A stretch of DNA of 64,000 nt, from assembly GCA_013239625.1 (NCBI GenBank), contig MU056050.1, forward strand, positions 4,264,084 through 4,328,083. The letters are read 5' to 3'. Shown piece by piece: positions 14,151 through 25,452 of this stretch. Made by a program: the position numbers and the translations under genes. The notes beneath the pieces were generated by a model. The model saw nothing but the letters and a program-made list of their open reading frames with translations, ran no database searches and had not been told where the DNA came from. This DNA comes from Lama guanicoe. Taxonomy: Eukaryota. How positions within the stretch are numbered: the stretch's first letter is position 1; every line of letters starts with the position of its first letter.

Positions 14151-14837
14151 TTAAACTATTTGATCTCCTGTGGAACATAGTTTTCCTTCTCATGGTCCTA
14201 AAAATACCTGTTTACAATTTAAACCTTGCCCCTTGTTCTGTAAAACAAGACCCTAGAGAGTAGCACTTCACTGGAAAGTCCAAGTTTACGGTTGTTCTTC
14301 TATGGCAGCATCTCCCAGTCTGTGATCATTTAAGTTTCTCCTGCCCCATTATGTGTCTTTCTTGTGATACAGTGATCATAATAGCATGTAGTTCCAGGTA
14401 CAGATGTTCTGTGGTTTTGCAACACAGGATGTATGTTGGTCTCCTCCATATAAGAAACAGTCAACAGTGACTTCCAAATCCTCATCCTGGGATTTGATGG
14501 ATATTTCAGAGCCAATCACTTAAATGTGGTTTAGATTAACTTTTCTTAAATGCATATGAACCATTTGGAGTTTAAAGGAAGTTGAGCAATTTTGTAAGAC
14601 CTGCTCCATACTCTTCATCTACCAAGTGGCTTAGTCATGTTAAAGAGACACTTTTGTATTAAGCTGAACTGTGATTTTTTTTAACTTAGTTAAAAGTACA
14701 TGTAAACACATTTATAAAAGCAAACAAAAAAGTTTATAAGTAGCACAACATTTTGTAGTTCTATATATTTATACAAGTAAGAATTTTAAAAATATTTTTC
14801 TTTATAATTATTTTACTGCTGTTGATGGGCTCCTTCC

Positions 14838-14936
14838 TTTTTAAAAAATTTTTAAAAAATTAATTTTATTGAAGTATAGTCAGTTTACAATATTGTGTCA
14901 GTTTCTGGTGTACAGCATAGTTCAGTCACACATATA
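14838..14936 (-). mobile_element. Very short 5'-truncated L1 3' end
   Basis: 'ttttattgaagtatagtcagtttacaatattgtgtcagtttctggtgtacagcatagttcagtcacacatata', the same family as 11952-12011. Confidence 0.75.
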
Positions 14937-15664
14937 ATTGTACAGAAATACATTTTTGTGAGCCAAACAAATCGGGAGTTGTGCAGCATCAGAAGAGCAC
15001 AATTTTCTTCCTGTTTGTGAGAAAATATTAAAGTAATCAAACACTGAGTTTGCTGATCAGTGGCAACTGTAAGAAAAGTCTGAGTTCTTTTCTTGAAATT
15101 TCCCCATCTTTCTTTGATGCACTATCCAGTTACCATTTACTCTTTAGTGTAGCAAACTGCAAGATTCCACTAAGGAGTTAAGGGGAGAAATTGATGTCTA
15201 AGTAGATATTTAATCAACTGGGTCAAAACTTTGCATAGTTTTATCTGCATTAGAAGATAATGAAATAGCTTCCAAGTATTATTAAAATCAGAATGTTAAA
15301 GTTTTCAAGGTGAATTTATCTGTTCCTTTTAGAATACTTTGTTGGTTTATGGATCTGCATTATATTTTAATGTATTCCTAATTGTTCTCGATTTTTAGAT
15401 GGATTAAAAATGATAGACCTTTTCTTACTTTACTTTTCATGATATCCTAAGGGTCTAACCCAAGACATAAGCACAAGTGATATTCTACACAGTTATAGGA
15501 CTGCATTTGGTTAAAGAATGATTAAGACACATTGATTTTTATTGTGTTATTTAGAATTTTACATAAGACATGTAAAATTTTGAAACAGAGTTTTACATAG
15601 AATTTTTTTAGAACAGCTTCACAAACTGTTAGGTCATTTATCGTAAAAACTGGCTTATTAATTA

Positions 15665-15810
15665 AGCAGGGGGGAATAAGTTCTGTTTTCCAGTTGAAGA
15701 AACTGAGCTGTTTGATGCTGAAATAACTCACCCAAAGGTATAAACTTCATAGGAAGAAGCCCTAAAAATGCGGGCTCTTCTAATTCTGAGTTCTCTACCT
15801 ACCACACATT
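15665..15810 (-). mobile_element. Degraded MIR
   Basis: 'ctgttttccagttgaagaaactgagctg...aaataactcacccaaagg'. Confidence 0.5.
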
Positions 15811-15821
15811 ATCTGCTTTAT

Positions 15822-15925
15822 TAGAAAATGATTTTCAGGATAAGTATACTTACCATCTGTCACCATATAAAGTACAAAGTTATTACAATATTATTGACTG
15901 TATTCCCCATGCTGTACATTTCACC
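15822..15925 (-). mobile_element. L1 3' UTR fragment (L1MA9/L1_Art-type)
   Basis: Reverse strand 'aatgtacagcatggggaatacagtcaataatattgtaataactttgta...tatggtgacagatggtaagtatacttatcctgaaaatcatttt'. Confidence 0.75.
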
Positions 15926-16810
15926 TGGCTGGCAGCAGGGCATGGGGGTTCCTGGGGCTGATGCTAGCCTGCTGTTGGGCAAGGCCAGATCCTGGTGGGG
16001 CTGTTAGTAGGCCCCGGGGGTTCTCAGGTCTGTGCTAGCCTGCTGGTGGGGAAGGCTGGTTCCTGGGCCTTCTGGTAGGTGCGATGGGGTCCCAGAACAG
16101 CTGACTATGGATCCTGGAGGGCCTGGGGCTGGTGCCAAACAACTAATAGGCAGGTAAGCTCCCAGCGCTCATAAGCTAGAGGGAGGACTCCACAGTATCT
16201 CCTGCCAGCACCACGGTATGGCTCCCCAAAATGGCTGCCATCAGTGTTTATGTCCCCAGGGTGAGCTCCACTTGCTTCCTGCCTCTCTGGAAGGCTCTTC
16301 AAGATCAGCAAGTGGATCTGAACCCAGCTCTTTTCAAATTACTGCCTCTGTACTAGGTCTCGGAGCATGTGAGAATTTCCATGCACCGTTTAAGAGTGAA
16401 GTCTCTATTTCCTACAGCCCTCTGGCTCTCCCATACACAAGTCTCACATTCTTTCAGAGGCAAATGTTCTGGGTGTACTGTATCTTCCTGATGCAGGATC
16501 GCTGGGCTGGGGAGCCTGATGTGGGGCTCAGACCCCTCTGTCCCTGGGGAGAACCTCTGCAGTTATGATTATCTTCCCATCTGTGAGTTGCCTCCACAGT
16601 TGTGTGGGTCTTGATTGTACCACATCTCCGCCCCTCCTACCCATCTTGTTGTGGTTTCTTCTTTATATATTTAGTTGTTGGAAATCATTTCTGCTAGTTC
16701 TTTGGTTGTTCTCATTGATAGCTGCTGTATAAATAGTTGCAGTTTTAGTGTGCCCATTTGAGTAGATGAGCTCAGGGTCTTCCTGCTCTGCCATCTTGGC
16801 CACTCCCCCT
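15926..16810 (-). mobile_element. GC-rich L1 5' UTR (laurasiatherian/artiodactyl L1M-type)
   Basis: Reverse strand starts 'gggggagtggccaagatggcagagcaggaagaccctgagctcatc' with the YY1-type CAAGATGGC motif typical of L1 5' ends. It continues 'gaggttctccccaggggacagagggtctgagccccacatcaggctccccagc' and repeated 'agcaggctagca' units. Confidence 0.8.
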
Positions 16811-17199
16811 GCCTCACCATTTCTAATACTGATTACACCCACCTGGCTCAATAAGTATGTACGAAGATTTGGGTCTGGAGGCAGCATTTGGAGTAAATCA
16901 GTTCATGAATCTCTCTGAGACTGCTCTAGGCAACAGATCACAAACTTGCTCAGAGTAGCTGAAGTTGTACCTTCTGAGACCCTCTCATTTAAGTGTTATT
17001 CCTCCTCCAGCCTCTGAAGACTTTTTAATCTTTAATTTCCCTTTCTAGCAAGGGTTTTCCTTTCTTCCCCATTATGTTTCAGGAGGATAGGTGGCTGGGT
17101 TAAAGCTGGTTTGAGTTTTTACTACTATTTTGTGACTGTGTCTCTATATGAGTCCAATCATTGTGCTTTATATCCCCTTGAAACTGGAACATTAGTCAT

Positions 17200-17420
17200 C
17201 CATCAGATTAATACCTCCACTGGAATGTGACTATTCTCATGAAAGTCATCAGTAGACTCTTTTCTTGCCAGATCTGCAGAGTTGTCTTCTCTGTTCTCAT
17301 TCTCCTTAATCTCTTCATTGGATTTCACACTAATAACAGATTCCTCCTTAAAACACTTTTTTCCCATTGGTCTGTATAACTGCACAATATTTTACTCCTG
17401 TTTCTCCAACCACTCTTGAG
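17200..17420 (+). mobile_element. L2 ORF2 fragment
   Basis: 'aaagtcatcagtagactcttttcttgccagatc...ttctctgttctcattctccttaatctct...ttcctccttaaaacactttt' matches the degraded L2 RT region. Confidence 0.6.
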
Positions 17421-17424
17421 ATAA

Positions 17425-17560
17425 ATAGAAGAAAAAACAAGGGAATGAAAGAAAGCTCAAGAAAGGAGAGAACAGAGAGAGATACAGAAGAAAAGCAGAG
17501 AGGAGAAGAAGAAGTAGGAGGAAAAAGAGAAGATGAAGAGGAGAAGATGAGGAAGTGGAT
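17425..17560 (+). repeat. GA-rich low-complexity tract
   Basis: Purine-only stretches. It produces the spurious E/K/R-rich and L/F/S-rich ORFs at 17348-17678. Confidence 0.85.
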
Positions 17561-17676
17561 AAGCAAAAGGGTTTGTTCATTAAGGAGATTAGCATATCTT
17601 AGTACCACCTTTGACATTTGCCTCATGTGTTACTCAGTAGCAGCCAAGGCTCACATTTGTGGAGGCTCGGGCAAAT

Positions 17677-17912
17677 AACTATAAGCTATCATTTTAGCAC
17701 TTACTATGTGCCTGGTACTGAGTATGAATTTGGCACAATGTATAATTCTCTTAACAGCCTTCAAACTAGGTAACACTACTTCTATTTTATAGGTGATGAA
17801 AGTGAAATGGAAAGATTAGGTAAATTTCTCATACACATATATTTACTAAGTGAGAAAGCCAAGGTTTGGAACCTGTTTTGTCTGTCTTCAAAGCTTATAC
17901 TCTGTTAATTAC
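17677..17912 (-). mobile_element. MIR SINE, near full length
   Basis: 'gcacttactatgtgcctggtactg...tattttataggtgatgaaagtga...gccaaggtttggaacctgttttgtctgtcttcaaagc'. Confidence 0.75.
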
Positions 17913-18739
17913 TTTATAATGTCTAAAGAATCCAGGAACCTATTTTGAATCTTAAACATTTTAAAGAGGGACTATTTCGATGACTCACTTACATTTCTAA
18001 AAATTTATATAAAAATAAGCTCATTTGTCTGACTGTCTGTCCAGTTGGAGAACTACCAATTGACAATGTAGCTTGCTCTCTATCTTAGATTACTTTAAAT
18101 CTTTAAAATTTCCTTAGATCATACCTACTTGTTTAAGATCATTTTTTTCTGGATAGTTAAAAAGAAAACAGTAAACTCTGGTTCTTCACCATAATTAAGT
18201 AGGGATTCCAGGGCACAATGGGATATTTTACTTTAAAAAATTTTGTATTGAAACAGCTGCCTCTCTCATTACCAGGAGATCTGTACCCTTTCAGTTGCCA
18301 GTGCTGACATTTCTTTCTCTCCATTTCTCTACAAAATGAGCATCTCTAAGAATTCTAAAGGGTCTTTTGTGATTAACTCACAGTGGTATTTTAATAGGGC
18401 TTTTTGTGCACTTCATATCATAAGAAATTATGTAAAACTCAAAGGCTAATAACTTCGAGGATTTAGTTAGGTTAGTGATTCAAATTTTTGGAAATTCTTG
18501 AATTTCTCTCATTTTTATAGCCAGGTCAAGGTTAAGAAGTCAGCCTTGCAAATCTATAATATTTATAAATGCAAAAATGTATAAAAGCGTATAGCAGCAG
18601 TGAGTAAAGAAGAGAGTTGGCAATCCATGAAACACAGGTCTCTCTCTGATGATAGTCTGCCATGTATACCTTTGGCAGTAGGCAGATTTCTGGATACCTT
18701 TCCCCAAGTTTGCCATGAGCAGATTTTTCAATCCTAGAT

Positions 18740-18960
18740 ACTATTAAGTAGGGACTTTGCTGATGTAATTAAGATTGTTAATCCGCTGGCTTTAACATAT
18801 GGAGATTTTCATGGATCTTGCAAATCCAGGTGGGCCCTTAAAAGCAGTAGAAGAGGACCAGAGAGTCAGTCAGAAAGATGGGGCAGAAGTTGAAATAAGA
18901 GAAATTCAAAGTATGAGAAGGACTTGACCCACCATTGCTGGAGAGCGGCCACATGGAAAG
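18740..18960 (+). mobile_element. MaLR LTR fragment, MLT1E/F-like
   Basis: 'gggactttgctgatgtaattaag...tccaggtgggccc...gaaattcaaagtatgagaaggacttgacccaccattgctgg'. Confidence 0.75.
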
Positions 18961-20379
18961 CTATAGAAAATCCTTATTCAGCAAGTAAATAACTAGCTTT
19001 GACCTGCATTGATTTCTTGTCATTCAAGCATTCACCTTTCTGTACATGCACAAATACTAACTGGAAAAACTTTAAGAAATTTTCTTAATCTTAGAGTGCT
19101 GGAAATACTATAATATAAAGATGATGCCAAAGTGGGGGAAAAAAGGTTCATCCAACACTAGGTAATACTGTGAGTCAGCACAGTGTCTTCCCAGTTGCCT
19201 TCCAATCCCCATTTGCGCAGTCCTCATTTTGGTAACCCTATTTTTGCTTTCCATGTCTTGATTTAGGGATTCAGAGTCCTCATGCTGCACCTTGGTAAGA
19301 AATTTTTCATGAGAGTTCCACTGAATTTGTTTTTACTTGTACAGGTGCTCATAATGTTACAGATTTTTTTTTAATAATTCATAAATAAAACTAAATTTTC
19401 CTCATCTAACTCCCTCTTCCTGTTATATTCAGCTTTATGGTTGTATCTCATTTACTTTTATGAATAAATATTTGTTGAATTTAAAAAAGAGTATAATGAC
19501 TAATAATGCCTTTATGGATCTCCTTACCAGGATAATTTTATCTTAATACCAAACCAAAATGTCAATACTATGGTACAAGTATTTTCTGAGTAATCCGAAG
19601 TTTTTCCTAACAATTCTAAGATTTCAAGGAAGGGAATCCTAGAAGAAGTGAAAGGAATGCCTTCCATTAAAACTGCAGCAATAGCACAATAATTCTCCAT
19701 ATTCCCTCTGAAAAGACATAAAAACAAGGTGGAAACCTGGCAATCGATGTGCCACAAACTTTTAGGATTTCCTATTAGTGAAAATGAGAGCTATTATTCA
19801 GAAATGAAGGAAGAAGGAAAGAATAGAATCCTGAACAGAAAAAATGCCTCCTGTAAAAAATAATAGTAATAAGTCTGAGAAGTAAATTGAGCCAATTCCA
19901 GTGGTGCTTCTTAGAGATTAAAGAAGAAGGCTGATTGCTAAAGTGGTCCAAAGAACATTGAAGGGCATACCACATTAATGCTACCTGACCTCTGTTCATG
20001 CACAGCATCTAGACCTATAATTAGACCTAGGGGAAAGTGAGATTAACTTAACTGACAGTGAGGGCAGCATCACTCAGAAGGAAGCTGGAGGCTGCCATGA
20101 CTTGTTCTTGGTGCAGGGAAGCTGATTATTGTCAGTTTGCTTCTAGGCTTGTTTGCATTGAATTTGCTTTTGCAAATGAAGAAATAGCACAGTGGCAAAG
20201 TTTCCTTCTTAGTCTATTTAGGGCCCTGGATCTTTTCTCAATCCCTCCAGACTATGAATTCACTGACAATATAAATTTAGAATAATTATAAAATTTCCTC
20301 TTCTTTGCACCTAGATCTGAGAAATTTATGTAAAGATCTATACCAATTTCTTCTAGACTCTATCTTAATTTCTACTGAA

Positions 20380-21200
20380 CTATGGCAAGGTAATGAGCAA
20401 CCATAGATATTCAGATGTAAAAATTTTTTAAAAGAAAAGGGAAAACTTCACGCATGTGAAAATACACTGCAGTTCAAACAAAAGAAATTATCAAGAATTA
20501 AAAGAGATACCTTATTGGGAACCATAAGTATTCCAAGTAACAGAAGAACATTATAGAAATTTTATGATTTTTTTACAATAGGATTTAAGAATATAATTGG
20601 TCCAGAAGATAAATAAAACAACACTAGAACAAGTAATTATGAGAGATGAATTGCAGTTACACACACACACACATACAGGTTTGTTTTTAACTAAGATTGT
20701 AAAATTTAAAACTTCAGAGAAGTACTATATAATAAGGTAATAATTGAATTTAAAAAGTTGTATATGGATTCAAGAAATTCATCCAGAACTCTGAGGAAAT
20801 AGTAAATTGGTGAAACACAGTAAGAGAAAATATGAGCAACCTTGTGGACAAATTCAAGGACTCCAACAGGCACAATATAGAAATTTTAGAAGAAGAGAAG
20901 AGACATATGTAATAGAAGCAAAAACCAAAGAATAGTGTAGAGAAAATTTCCTGAGCTGAACAAATATTTGAATTTTCAGTTTGAAAGTGATGTCTAGCAG
21001 TCAAATTTACTCTGTGTTTGGGGCAGGGGATGAGGGGTGAGAGAAGAAAGAAGTGTTAACACCTAGAACTATTTTGGTAAAAATTCTGTATTTCAAAGGC
21101 AATGATTGCATTAAACCAGAAAATATAATAAATTTTAAAAGTAAATGTTACCATTCAGGACTCAAGAGCTCTAATGCACTAAATGAAATAGTCTTGCAAC
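20380..21200 (+). mobile_element. Highly degraded L1ME/HAL1-like ORF1 region
   Basis: 'ggacaaattcaaggactccaaca...agaagaagagaagaga...gaaaatttcctgagctgaacaaatatttgaattttcagtttgaaag...acacctagaactattttggtaaaaattc' resembles decayed L1 ORF1. Confidence 0.55.
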
Positions 21201-22108
21201 ATATTTTTAAATAAGTATGGCTATAAGAAGAATCAAGAGAAACACATTCATAGCAGGACAGTTCAAAATGCGCTGCAAGTGTGTTATAGATTACATAAAC
21301 AGAGGGGAAAACAAAGAAAGAAAGATGACACAAGAACCATTGTCTTGACCCCTTTTCCAGGATTGAACTGACATTTGAAGTGAGACCTGAACATTTACAC
21401 TGAGACATTTAAACTGAGACTTTAAAATGAGCCATAGAAGAGAAGGAGAAAAGATGTTTTAAGCTGAAGCAATAGCATAAACAAAGACTTGGGGGAGGGC
21501 GGAAGGTGATGTAGGTGTATACAGATGGCAAAAAATAAATCTCTTCAATATGGTAAAGATATCAATACTTCCCAAATTACTTTATGGGTAGTTGCTGTGA
21601 AAATAACAATGATTATTTTAGGGGGTGAAGGGGATACGAGAGTGTGATATTAATGTCTCCATAGAAGATTAAATTGTTAGAATAGCTGAGGAAATACAAT
21701 GCTACAATGCAAATTACTTTATTACTAATGCAAGAATATAGAGACATGGGAAAAGTAGTTCCCAAATAGCCACCAATGTAAGTAGAAATTAAGCAATTTA
21801 TAAAGGTTGTATTATATTATATTATATTATACTTTATTATATAGAAGAGATTAGCCAATAAATAGTGCTAGGTCAATTGGTTAGTTGTTTACCAAGTTTA
21901 CAGACACTTTCTCACCCAAACGCAGATTAGAGAGTTAAATGTCTAATAAATAACTATATCTTAAAGGAAAATATAGGTAATTATTTGCGCAATATTGGAG
22001 TGAGGAAGACCTCTTGAAGTGACAATGAAGGAAATCTTAAAAGAAAATGACGTCCTGCATGTGGTGATGAATGATTATTTGCCTTTAAAAATATTTTGCA
22101 CTTTCTGT

Positions 22109-22260
22109 GGGGGAGGATGTAGCTCAAGTGGTAGAGTGCATGCTTAGCATGCACAAGGTCCTGGGTTCAATCTCCAATACTTCCTTCAAAAAATAAATAA
22201 ACAGGTAAACCTAATTACCTACCCGCTAAGATTTTTTCTTTAATTAAAAATTTTAAAAAA
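22109..22260 (+). mobile_element. tRNA-Ala(AGC)-derived SINE, camelid vic-1-like
   Basis: Head 'ggggaggatgtagctcaagtggtagagtgcatgcttagcatgcacaaggtcctgggttcaatctcc' closely follows mammalian tRNA-Ala(AGC), with A box, AGC anticodon hairpin and B box GGTTCAA. The non-tRNA body 'aaacctaattacc' is shared with the copy at 26632. Confidence 0.85.
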
Positions 22261-22329
22261 CTAAGTGAAGTAAGCCAGAAAGAGAAGAAAACTACCATAT
22301 GATATCCCTCATATGTGAAATCTAAAAAT
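22261..22329 (+). mobile_element. ~70-bp L1 fragment (last ORF2 codons) ending at the post-stop A-run
   Basis: 'ctaagtgaagtaagccagaaagagaagaaaactaccatatgatatccctcatatgtgaaatctaaaaa' aligns to 59672-59740 of the young L1 in this window. Confidence 0.85.
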
Positions 22330-22827
22330 AAAATATTTTGTATTTTCTAAATTATCTACATTGGGAAGGTTTAAATTTTAGAATCAGAAAAATAGTGCTT
22401 TTTTTTTAATCCAAAATAATTGCTTCAAAAAAATTAAAATCATGCCCCAAGTAGAGTCACTTTCTCAGTATATTTGGTAACCCAGCATTACCCTTAAATA
22501 TTTAAGATACCTGATGTTGCATTATTTCTTATGCTTTAATTTTCAAGGGATGGATTGTCCAAAATTATTTTAGCCTTTTAGTTTCTTGCTTTAAAACCAC
22601 AGCCAAATATTGATCTTAACACACAGATCTGATAGGCAATAAACTTGGGATCTTCCCCCTGGACTATAGAGTCCAACAGAGACCTAATGCGACACATATT
22701 TTATCATTTTTTCCCCAAGCTTCTCGTGGAAATCCTGTCTGATAAAAAATAAATATCACAATCCTGTTTGATCCTTTGGTGCAGAATTTCCCCTTCTCTC
22801 TGTCTTGCAAAAATAGTCAAAGTACAT

Positions 22828-22857
22828 TCTCTCTCTCTCTCTCTTTCTCTCTCTCTC
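22828..22857 (+). repeat. (TC)n microsatellite
   Basis: Read directly. Confidence 0.9.
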
Positions 22858-23156
22858 CAGACTCAGACACTTTTGCTTTCATTAATCCCAGAACAGCAAC
22901 TTTCTTACCCAGACAAAATGGGTTCCCTGGGAATTACCAGCTTTATCATTATTTAAATAAAATTACATATGTATGTCAATTCAATTGTCTTCAGATCTCA
23001 GTGGTATTTCTCAGTCAGCAAGTAACCAGGCTGTAGACTTTTGCATTTTCATCTACTTTAAAGTGTTACTGCTAAGCTAATGAAATCACTGTAGCCCAGC
23101 AGAAATCTCAAGTTTGAGGTAAAGTGTTTTTTTTCTTTTTTGATTCAAGGTTATTG

Positions 23157-23225
23157 GTGTGTGTATGTGTGTGTGTGTGTGCATGTGTGTGCGTGTGTGC
23201 ATGTGTGTGCGTGTGTGTGTGTGTG
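23157..23225 (+). repeat. Imperfect (TG)n microsatellite
   Basis: Read directly. It is the source of the THTH-repeat ORFs at 23108-23336. Confidence 0.95.
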
Positions 23226-23474
23226 CTTGATGACATTCCTCTGTACTGAAGTGTTACTACAGGCATACCTTGGACATTTTGTGGGTTTGGTTCCACCAAA
23301 ACCACCAAAATAAAGCAATGATAGAAATAGAGTCACATGAATTTTTTGGTTCCCTGGTGCATAGAAAAGTTATGTTTACACTATATAGTAGCCTATTGAA
23401 TGTGCAACAGCATTATGTCCAAACAAAAGTACACACTCTAATTTAAAAAATGCTTTATTGCTAAAAAAAAAATG

Positions 23475-25452
23475 TTAACTATAACCTGAGCCTTCAGCGG
23501 GTGGTCATCTTTTGCTGGTGGAGGGTCTTGCCTCCTTGTTGATGGCTGCTGACTGATCAGGGTGGTGGTTGCTGAAGGCTGGGGTGGCTGTGGCCATTTC
23601 TTAAAATAAGACAGCAATGAAGTTTGCCTCATTGACTGACTCTTCCTTTCAGGAGTGATTTCTTTGTAGTATGCAATGCTGTTTGATAGCAATTTACTCA
23701 GAGAACTTCTTTGGAAATTGGAGTCAGTCCTCTCAAACCCTGCTGCTGCTTTATCAACTAAATTTATGTAATATTCTAAGTCTTTTGTTGTCATTTCAAC
23801 AATCTTTTCAACATCTTCACCAGAAGTAGATTCCCTCTCAAGAAACCACTTTCCTTGCTCACCCGTAAGGAGCAACTCCTCATCTGCTCAAAGTTTATCA
23901 TGAGACCGCAGCAATTCAGTCACATCTTCAGGCTCCACTTCTAATTCTAGTTCTCTTGCTGTTTTAACCACATCTGCAGTTACTTCTTCCGCTGAAGTCT
24001 TGAACCCCTCAAAGTCATCCATGAGGATTGGAATCAACTTCTTCCAAACCCTTGTTAATGTCGCTATTTCCATCTCTTTACATGAATCACAGATGTTTTT
24101 AATGGCATACAGAATGGTAAATCCTTTCCAGAAGGTTTTCAATTTATAATCAACCCTTGAACAAAATGGCGATTGGGGCGCTGACCCTCGACGCAGTGGA
24201 AAATCCAGTATAACTTTAAGGTCAGCCCTCCCTATTTGCAGTTTCACATCTGCACAAACAACATTGGATCGTGTAATACCGTAGTGTATATTTATTGAAA
24301 ATAATCACATATAAGTGGACTGGCCCAGTTCAAACTCATGTTGTGTGTTATTCAAGGGTCACCTCTACTTCGCCCAGAGCCATCAGAGGAATCCCTATCT
24401 ATGGCAGCTATAGCCTAAGAAGTGTATTTCTTAAATAATAAGACTCGAAAGTTGAAATTTACTCCTTGGATCCATGGACTGCAGAATGAATGATGTGTTA
24501 ACAGGTACAAAAATAACATTAATCTCATTGTCCATCTCCATCAGAGCTCTTAGTGACCACGTGCATTGCCAACTAGCAGTAATATTTTGAAAGGAATCTT
24601 TTTTTTTTCTTCTGAGAAGTAGGTCTTAATAGTGGGCTTAAAGTATTCAGATGTTCTATCATCCAGGCTTTGTTGTTCCATTGGTAGAGCACCGGCAGAG
24701 CTGATGTAGCATAACTCTGAAGGGCTCCAGGATTTTCGGAACGGTAAATGAGCATTGGCTACAATGTAAACTCACCGGCTGCATTAGCCTCTAACAAGAG
24801 AGCTGACTTGTCCTTTGAAGCTTTTAAGCCAAGCACTGACTTCTCCTCTCCAGCTGTGAAAGTCCTAGATGACATTTTCCAATAGAAGGCTGTTTTGTCT
24901 CCATTGAAAATCTGTTGTTTAGTGTAGCCACCTTCATCAGTTATCTTAGTTAGATCTTCTGGTTAACTGGCTACAGCTTCTGCATCAGCACTTACTGCTT
25001 CACCTTGCACTTTGATGTTATGGATATGGCGTCTTTCCTTAAACCTCATGAACCAACCTCTGCTAGCTTCAGACTTTTCTTCTGCAGCTTCCTCACTTCT
25101 CTCAGCCTTCACAGAATTGAAGAGAGTTAGGGCCTCGCTCTGGATTAGGCTTTGGCTTAAGGGCGTGTTCTGGCTGGTTTGATCTTCTAACCGGACCACT
25201 CAAACTTTCTCTGTATTAGCAATAAGCTGTTTCACTTTCTATCCATTCGTGTGTTCACTGGAGTAGCACGTGTAATTTCCTTCAAGAACTTTTCCCTTGC
25301 ATTCACAACTTGACTGTTTGGTGCAAGATGCCCAGTTTTAGGCCTACCTTGGCTTTCCACCTACCTTTCTCACTAAGCTTAATCATTTCTAGCTTTTGAT
25401 TTTAAGTGAGAGACATATGACTCTTCTTTTCACTTGAATACCTAGAGGCCAT
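23475..25452 (-). pseudogene. Tigger1 transposase pseudogene (CENP-B-like HTH plus DDE domain)
   Basis: ATG at 25452-25450 ('atggcctctagg'). The frame is broken into the ORFs 24963-25199, 24573-24755, 23888-24247 and 23438-23875. The conserved 'LLIDNAPGH' motif reads LLVGNARGH here (catalytic D to G at ~24568-24570). Interrupted by a MITE. Confidence 0.9.
24147..24365 (-). mobile_element. Tigger2-derived MITE (Tigger2a_Art-like) nested in Tigger1
   Basis: Terminal inverted repeats 'taatcaacccttgaacaa' / 'ttattcaagggtcacctc' (Tigger2 TIR CAGTTGACCCTTGAACAA), flanked by TA at 24145-46 and 24366-67. Removing it rejoins Tigger1 'ggttttcaattta|cttcgcccag'. Confidence 0.85.

Larger units (their letters stand above)
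21530..22395 (+). mobile_element. Degraded old L1M ORF2 to 3' end fragments (host of the SINE-L1 insertion)
   Basis: 'caatatggtaaagatatcaatacttcccaaatta', 'aataaatagtgctaggtcaattgg', 'gaaaatataggtaattatttg' and L1ME-type terminus 'tgtattttctaaattatctacattg...ttttagaatcagaaaaa'. Confidence 0.5.

Noticed and set aside
16105..16887. 116-aa and 68-74 aa ORFs in a GC-rich block
   Set aside because: They lie in an L1 5' UTR, where stop codons are scarce; no recognisable protein.
17348..17678. Overlapping 92-103 aa ORFs (E/K/R-rich or L/F/S-rich)
   Set aside because: They are translations of a GA-rich low-complexity tract.
22109..22185. Possible functional tRNA-Ala(AGC) gene (also 26632-26705)
   Set aside because: Extra 5' bases, an imperfect acceptor stem, no oligo-T terminator right after the tRNA part, and a shared SINE body plus A-rich tail in both copies indicate SINEs.
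23108..23336. His/Thr-repeat ORFs
   Set aside because: Translation of the (TG)n microsatellite.
23438..25199. Domesticated TIGD-like gene
   Set aside because: Multiple frameshifts, loss of a catalytic Asp, a nested MITE and retained TIRs mark a neutral fossil.
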